12,276 nucleotides of DNA, from contig JBHGNT010001081.1 in assembly GCA_043228905.1 (NCBI GenBank), positions 1-12,276 on the forward strand. Reading direction: 5' to 3'. The translations under genes and the position numbers were made by a program. A model generated the notes under the pieces. The model was not told the DNA's origin and did not search any database. It worked only from the letters and a program-made list of their open reading frames with translations. This document shows, one piece after another, positions 8,101-12,276 of the stretch. This DNA is from Azolla caroliniana (taxonomy: Eukaryota; Plantae; Polypodiophyta). Each line of letters begins with the position of its first letter. Within the stretch, counting starts at the first letter, position 1.

Positions 8101-8121
8101 ATGCTGTTTAAACCGATGTAG
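243..8121 (+). CDS. Multi-exon gene for an IDM1-family (Increased DNA Methylation 1-like) PHD-finger/GNAT histone acetyltransferase-like protein, ~1229 aa; join(243..2174,2263..2331,2422..2665,2769..2838,3064..3145,3247..3306,3395..3447,3521..3702,5382..5577,6442..6499,6574..6630,6730..6987,7069..7133,7206..7262,7641..7734,7827..7967,8050..8121)
   Basis: Exons joined by hand give one open frame with family motifs in order: LLSSGLLEGSRVYY; GILCNCKIC..FERHAG..HPSDYIFLENGKSL (TDBD1); LFLPGGLSDGTEVSYY; GICCGCC..SQFEAHAGWASRR (TDBD2); CAEC..CNTCPRAYH.C..CSIC (PHD1); CVFC..LCDQCEREYHVGC..GEWFCCAEC (PHD2); FDPIID..DLI..MVY; GMYCAVL; AEMPLVAT..RGQGYF; LVLPAAEEA..IW..KF; FQGSSML (GNAT). Two TDBD plus two PHD fits the IDM1 paralogues better than IDM1 itself, so no symbol is given. 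Confidence 0.93.
519..1019 (+). repeat. Coding tandem repeat, ~8 degenerate units of ~66 bp (~22 aa)
   Basis: Units start at about 519, 585, 648, 714, 783, 831 (partial), 882 and 948; consensus DSQEVCxDExMGxxxPFxERCE, also visible in the DNA (gattcacaagaggtttgtc and variants). Confidence 0.88.
1119..1430 (+). repeat. Purine-rich low-complexity coding tract (Glu/Asp/Gly/Lys-rich)
   Basis: GAA/GAG/GGA/GAT runs; core 1341..1430 encodes DGDEEEGEEEGEEEEDGEGEGEEKKGEEEG. Confidence 0.9.
2263..2331 (+). CDS. Coding exon 2 (IFLTGVVKGGGILCNCKICGGRN)
   Basis: Acceptor TTAG at 2262, donor GTACGT at 2332; CxCxxC motif of TDBD1. Confidence 0.88.
2422..2665 (+). CDS. Coding exon 3 (IVNVSSFERHAGSNARHPSDYIFLENGKSL...)
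   Basis: Pyrimidine tract plus AAG acceptor at 2421, donor CAG|GTAAT at 2666 (phase 1); FExHAG and LENGKSL motifs. Confidence 0.88.
2769..2838 (+). CDS. Coding exon 4 (linker, PLNLKNEADSKMIVHTPQNSQA)
   Basis: Acceptor CTTTCAG at 2768, donor AG|GTAAC at 2839. It bridges phase 1 to phase 2 exactly as exons 3 and 5 require. Confidence 0.78.
2856..2930. repeat. Short imperfect direct repeat in intron 4
   Basis: gaagctgtttttccatcagattc (2856..2878) versus gaagctgtgttttcattagattc (2908..2930). Confidence 0.6.
3064..3145 (+). CDS. Coding exon 5 (RDGSRHKMLFLPGGLSDGTEVSYYVKGQ)
   Basis: Acceptor TTTCAG at 3063, donor CAG|GT at 3146; family motif GLxDGTEVxYY. Confidence 0.9.
3247..3306 (+). CDS. Coding exon 6 (CYLTGIKMGHGICCGCCNEV)
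   Basis: Poly-T plus GTAG acceptor at 3246, donor GTGAG at 3307; GIxCxCC motif of TDBD2. Confidence 0.9.
3395..3447 (+). CDS. Coding exon 7 (ISCSQFEAHAGWASRRN)
   Basis: Acceptor TTTTCAG at 3394, donor GTAAG at 3448; SQFEAHAG motif. Confidence 0.92.
3521..3702 (+). CDS. Coding exon 8 (end of TDBD2, first part of PHD1: ...SNGQSLHEYA...DYCAECGDSGVLIGCNTCPRAYHA)
   Basis: Acceptor TCAG at 3520, donor CAG|GTAAA at 3703 (phase 1); SNGxSLHE and CxxC..CxxCPRAxH motifs. Confidence 0.92.
5382..5577 (+). CDS. Coding exon 9 (end of PHD1, linker, start of PHD2: ECAGISSIPGDVLCCSIC...RCQRVVK...GGCVFCK)
   Basis: Strong acceptor TTTTTGCAG at 5381, donor GTAAAG at 5578 (phase 2); RCxRxV and GCxxC motifs. Confidence 0.9.
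5764..6199. repeat. Intronic tandem array, 176-bp unit, ~2.5 copies
   Basis: Copies start atggaaatatcttacttcttggagaaag at 5764, 5940 and 6116 (third is 84 bp). I count 4 mismatches between copies 1 and 2. Confidence 0.97.
6442..6499 (+). CDS. Coding exon 10 (NGDFLKSGFGAKTIMLCDQ)
   Basis: Acceptor TGTAG at 6441, donor GTAAGT at 6500; DFxKSGFGxxTIxLCDQ motif. Confidence 0.92.
6574..6630 (+). CDS. Coding exon 11 (CEREYHVGCMKEQGIADLQ)
   Basis: Acceptor TTGCAG at 6573, donor CAG|GTG at 6631; CExEYHVGC motif. Confidence 0.92.
6730..6987 (+). CDS. Coding exon 12 (ELPPGEWFCCAEC...WQLLHG...LSEVAKIFS)
   Basis: Acceptor TACAG at 6729. The weak donor GTTCGG at 6988 was chosen because the next exon needs phase 0. 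Confidence 0.88.
7069..7133 (+). CDS. Coding exon 13 (ESFDPIIDATSRRDLISLMVY)
   Basis: Acceptor TTTGCAG at 7068, donor AG|GTTAG at 7134. Confidence 0.92.
7206..7262 (+). CDS. Coding exon 14 (QSTRDQDFRGMYCAVLRW)
   Basis: Acceptor TTTTGCAG at 7205, donor GTTAGT at 7263; FxGMYCAVL motif. Confidence 0.92.
7641..7734 (+). CDS. Coding exon 15 (EEVVSAAVIRVFGKKFAEMPLVATSEANRGQ), GNAT core
   Basis: Acceptor ATAG at 7640, donor CAG|GTAAT at 7735; VVSAxxxRVFG and AEMPLVAT motifs. Confidence 0.93.
7827..7967 (+). CDS. Coding exon 16 (GYFQILMLRIEELLRSLQVKYLVLPAAEEAVGIWINKFAFSKLQDAQ)
   Basis: Acceptor TTCAG at 7826; ends at the non-canonical donor CAG|GC (7968); LVLPAAEEA motif. Confidence 0.88.
7968..8049 (+). 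other. GC-AG intron (82 bp)
   Basis: CAG|GCAATC...TACAG. The nearby GT dinucleotides (7952, 7997) are in the wrong phase for exon 17. Confidence 0.78.
8050..8121 (+). CDS. Coding exon 17 (LQQFGSEVQMMIFQGSSMLFKPM*)
   Basis: Acceptor TACAG at 8049; family C-terminal motif FQGxSML; stop TAG at 8119..8121. Confidence 0.85.
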   Translation, partial: LQQFGSEVQMMIFQGSSMLFKPM

Positions 8122-8145
8122 CCCCAAATCTCATCAGCGTTCAAG

Positions 8146-8788
8146 GTAAGGGACATGAAAGGCTATATAATTCTTATGTGTTTTCTATCTATTTAGTGAT
8201 ATTGTAACATGATCACCAGATTGCTTCATGGGAGGGCTGAAACGTATGTTTGCCGCCTCAATGAATCTTTTTCTGTTGCTGTTGGCTGAAACCCTAAGCC
8301 AGCTATTCAATGGAAAGTTGAAGCAGATTCAAATAGAAGGTATGCCCCTCTTCCAGGACTGGTTCTTTAGTTGATTAATTGAATTTGATTGAATAGGAAT
8401 ACCAGCTGGAAATAGGTATATATGTTGAAATGTTGTTTGAAGGTCAATCAGTTCTATTGTGCATAGATAGCATAAGTGTCTTTCCCCTCTCTCAAAGCCG
8501 TGCTTGAGGAACATAGCTCATTTAGTGCCTACTTTTTTTTCGAAAATGGAAACTCTGCTATATACTTAGTTGACTCAATACTTTGTTTTCGATTTGTAGC
8601 CAGTGCGGATATTATGTATGTAATAGTTTTTCCAAAGAAAATATATTTCCATTAGGTAAAAGTAAAATCTTCCCTTTGTGCAGAAGTTCTGAGAGCTTTA
8701 CGTCAGTGCACTTACTTAAGGATACTGGTTTTTGTTTTGGATTTAGGAAAAAGTTTGGAAGTATTTATGGAACGTTTTGCATTTTCAG
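8146..8788 (+). other. Probable 3'UTR intron
   Basis: Near-consensus donor AAG|GTAAGG after 24 nt of UTR. The best acceptor by eye is TTTTGCATTTTCAG at 8788, but that end is uncertain. Confidence 0.5.
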
Positions 8789-8885
8789 GTGATTTCGAAG
8801 TACATGCATATAGTATGCATGCTCACACATTTCTGAGGATTTTGTAACCTCGAGGTGGTGGTCATTTTTGATGTGGTGATGTATG

Positions 8886-8900
8886 TATATATATATATAT
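8886..8900. repeat. Short (TA)n microsatellite
   Basis: tatatatatatatat. Confidence 0.7.
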
Positions 8901-9106
8901 CCGGGTTTTCCAAATTGAGGGAATTCTCTTTGGTGCATACTTTTTCGAGATGTATAATATACGTAAATTTTGGCCATGAAATAGTGAGTAAATGTATGTG
9001 TCCTTTCTGGTTCCTTAGCAATTCAAGTTATATATATCAATTTATTTACAAATGAATAAGTAAATTTAGTCTATGCTGTCACAAAAGGTTGGGGAAGTTT
9101 AGTGTT

Positions 9107-9112
9107 AATAAA
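9107..9112 (+). promoter_or_regulatory. Candidate polyadenylation signal AATAAA
   Basis: AATAAA downstream of the putative last UTR exon in T-rich sequence; the hexamer is common by chance in AT-rich DNA. Confidence 0.2.
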
Positions 9113-11940
9113 GAATTTAAAACCTTGTACAAACTTTAAAGCTTTAACTCATTGGTAATTGATAATTGAGTGGGAGATGTTAATTGCTTATGCTGACATG
9201 TAGACAGTTGTGTTTGAGATTTTTTCATGTTTATGGTCTCATTTTTGTAAACAATAGTTTTCTTTAATTGGAAATGATTCAGCTTTGAATTTCTCTGCTA
9301 TTATAGGGCCTTCTGTAGTATGAAGTCATACTAGTATCAGTATGAACTGCTGAGGTTGTGATGGAAGTCTATTTGCCTGCATATCACAATTGATTGAATT
9401 TAATAGCTTCTGGAACATAGTAAATACAAAATTGACACGTTTATGTTTGCATCTGGAACATAGTACTTGTGTGATGTTTATGGGAGATTGTGCATAATGC
9501 AAGAAAATGATTTATATCACTAGGTTATATGTTTGAGATAAAAGTTACGTGCTATGTCCTTGCTGTAACAGTTTGTTTCTGGCAAATGTTCTCATTGTAT
9601 GTTTCCACTCGGGGAAAAATGAAATTCGTTGACAGTAATATTCTTGTGTATATTCAATAGCGTAACAAAGCAATAATCAGCGTATTTACTGTGATTGAAG
9701 TGTTCAAATAAACCAAAACAGGAAGATGTAAAAGCAAGTTATCCATATTAAAGAAAAGGGAAATGAAAATAAATGGGTTCATTGGAAGTGTGGATGTTTT
9801 AATAGAGGTTAAACTTGTTATAGACACAAGACCTCAATGATGAGGATGTACGTTGGTGACAATTTTCTGGTAAGAATAATTTGACACAAAATCCCAAGGT
9901 ACTGGGATATCCATATTGACACGCATCAGGTCCTGGAATTATTTGTTCATGGTTAGGTATATAAAGATTGCAGATGCGTTCAAAAAGTGTTTCCGAACAG
10001 GTGATTGGTCAAGACATTTAAGATATTTTATTTCTTTAAGATCCAATTAAACTCCACTATATGAAGCAAAACATTTTGAAAGTTTGTGAAGCAGGGTAAT
10101 AATCTAGTATACTCCATAATGATATCTGCTGCAATTCATTCGAAGCTAGATTATATATTGTTATCTTGTGTGAAGATTTATGTGTTTTATTTACACTATA
10201 GATGTTACCTCTATACTTATGAGAATGCTATGGATTTACTGCCAGAAAACAAAAATTATATATTTTTCATATTCCATCCCATTAAACATGAACTGGATAT
10301 CCTTGTTTGTGGGAGGAAATACATTGAAATGAAGATTGTGCAACACTATAATGAAATACCATATACAAAGAAAATTGTGCATGGGAGAGATGCTCAAATC
10401 TCGTGTGAAGTTATGTATGCAAGAAAATAACAAGAACTGCAGAACAACAATTTGAAGAGTCTCAAGGGAAGAAACTAGTCATTACATGCAAAATGGCACA
10501 ATATGAAGTCATTGCCTTCATGAATCTTATGTTAGGCTTCAGAAACGTAAGTACTTGATATTCTAAAGTGAAACATTACCGTTGCCTCAAGGCAATACTA
10601 ATGAAAGTTAGCTAAAATGTCTCTTCACTACATAATTAGTTACAAATTCATTATACCTTTTTATTTGTAGCATTATTTGAGAGTTTCATTGGTGCTCTTA
10701 ATCAGGGGCCCAAATTCTACACTAAAGGCACCAACCCAAGCCAAAATTCACATTCCTTAAGCATAAAACTTGAAAGGTGAACAAAACTCGACGTTGACAT
10801 ATTTGAAAATTCATAGTTGGCTTGGGCTTCTCTGTAAATAAGCAATGTTCAAATTAATCATATTGTCTTAAGTTGTGAAAGTATGAATAGTACATGCAAC
10901 CTAGGATTGCAAATATCTTACTTTATTTAATCTATTTGGTCACACATTGAACCATGATTTAGTGGTTAATTGTTGCTTTTTGTTTGCAAGTGGAGGGAAG
11001 GTTTGGGTTTGGGTACAAAGAGTTTTCAAGCCATTGCAACAACTTATACCTATAAAGAAAATGAACGTGTGAGTTAAACTTCTTTTCAAAGCTTGGGATA
11101 AGTCAACTAATGATCTAAAATCTAAAATCTAAGAAGATGAAAATGTAATGTTGCCAAAGTTTGAAGTCCACTCCCATCAAATTCTAAATAAGCGGATGAA
11201 TAGAGTTTGAAGAAGATGGATGAGTAATAGCGAAAATGTAATGTTGCTTGATCATCAATTCTTATAATGCTTGCTGACTAATTAATGTTATCTATTGGGC
11301 TTACGACACATTCATAATGGAATTACCAAAAAGTTTATTTCATTTCCAACCATCATGCATCAGTTGTGGGGCAACATTAATCCTCCACCATAGTCAATGT
11401 AATCCCCAATCATGATTAATATGTTAACTCACCACATTATCTATTCAGTTAGAAGCCAAAATCAATAAAAAATGAAATATACCAGACATAATACGGGCAC
11501 AATTAACTTTATATGCAAAGCAAGTGCTTTCATTGAATATTTGTGATATTTCTCCAATATGTCAATAAATGGCACGTTTGTACATCCGTTGTATTATAAA
11601 ACAAACAAAACATTGCCTACATTTTTTAGTCAATCCATGACCTTGTGGTCCAAGATGGAAAAGCCATGTGGTCCTAGCTAGGAAAAGCTGTTCATACTGG
11701 CATTACCAATGAACCAAAATAGTAAAAATAAATTCAATAAAGTTATTCATTCCATTGAAATAGTTTGTTATAATTATTAAATTGAAAGTAAAGTTAGTCA
11801 TCCCATTAAAACAGTTTACTATTACAATATAGTAGTTACTTATAGGAGAAAGTTATCTTAAAGTTAAGTACAAGCAAGGAAATCTTGATCAAGGAATTGA
11901 AATTAATGATACTACGAAGATGTGAAATGAAGAAAACTAA

Positions 11941-12245
11941 GATACCAATACAAGAGCTAAATTAGATAAAAGTTACTATAACACTAAGTTTAATAAAAGC
12001 GTTTGGAGACCCTTGAACCAAGGGTGTATGATGATATTTACGACACTTCGAAGATAGATATTAAAGGAACTACAAAGATACTGCCCCAAGTAGGAGAACC
12101 AAATTCAGTATACATTTTCCCTATACTCTATAATCGGTGGTAGGTTAAAAGAGATAATGTGACTATGTCAAAGTTGAGAGAAAAGAGAATTGAATCGGAA
12201 AAACACACAATTCTCATGGATTGAGTCAAGTCAAAAATGTATACA
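11941..12245 (+). mobile_element. Possible highly decayed Ty3/Gypsy integrase C-terminal remnant
   Basis: Frameshifted fragments KSYYNTK..RPLNQG, IYDTSK..KILP and aagtaggagaacca loosely follow the KxYYD..GDxVLLYD..KLxPKWxGP pattern. Weak, by-eye similarity only. Confidence 0.2.
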
Positions 12246-12276
12246 TTCCTCCCCTCAATTTTCTTCCATGACATCT

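Noticed and set aside
243-8121. Pseudogene call or assignment of the symbol IDM1
   Set aside because: All exons join in frame with no internal stop. The architecture fits IDM1 paralogues, and orthology cannot be set without a phylogeny.
9409-9465. 14-bp direct repeat tctggaacatagta (9409, 9452)
   Set aside because: Isolated micro-duplication with no element structure.
9890-9907. Small hairpin atccca-aggtac-tgggat
   Set aside because: A 6-bp stem is expected by chance; no RNA-gene context.
8329-10433. Small ORFs downstream of the gene (61-114 aa, both strands)
   Set aside because: AT-biased I/Y/F/K-rich translations with no motifs and no coherent exon chain; expected by chance.
10911-10923. 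13-mer aaatatcttactt shared with the 176-bp repeat unit
   Set aside because: AT-rich, and the similarity does not extend; probably coincidental.
11520-11578. Minus-strand peptide NVPFIDILEKYHKYS, reminiscent of a Gypsy gag-protease linker motif
   Set aside because: Only ~15 aa, with a stop five codons upstream and no neighbouring protease motif; too short to support.

Overview
Eukaryotic, AT-rich land-plant genomic DNA. The window holds one complete + strand protein-coding gene of 17 coding exons (CDS 243..8121). Spliced by hand it gives 3690 nt, or 1229 aa plus stop. The product is an IDM1-family chromatin protein of the 'acyl-CoA N-acyltransferase with PHD zinc fingers' type: a long N-terminal region, two Tify-domain-binding (TDBD/Jas-like) domains, two PHD fingers and a C-terminal GNAT acetyltransferase domain. 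The phases of all 16 introns join into one uninterrupted frame, provided the last intron is GC-AG. The N-terminus has an ~8-copy, ~22-aa Cys-containing repeat that I do not recognise, followed by a very acidic tract. PHD1 and the GNAT domain carry substitutions at normally conserved positions. Two introns are in-frame and stop-free. Intron 9 holds a young 176-bp tandem array, and there is a probable 3'UTR intron. The last ~4 kb is non-coding, with at most weak traces of decayed retrotransposon sequence. All splicing calls are predictions from splice signals and protein-motif continuity; no transcript data were available.
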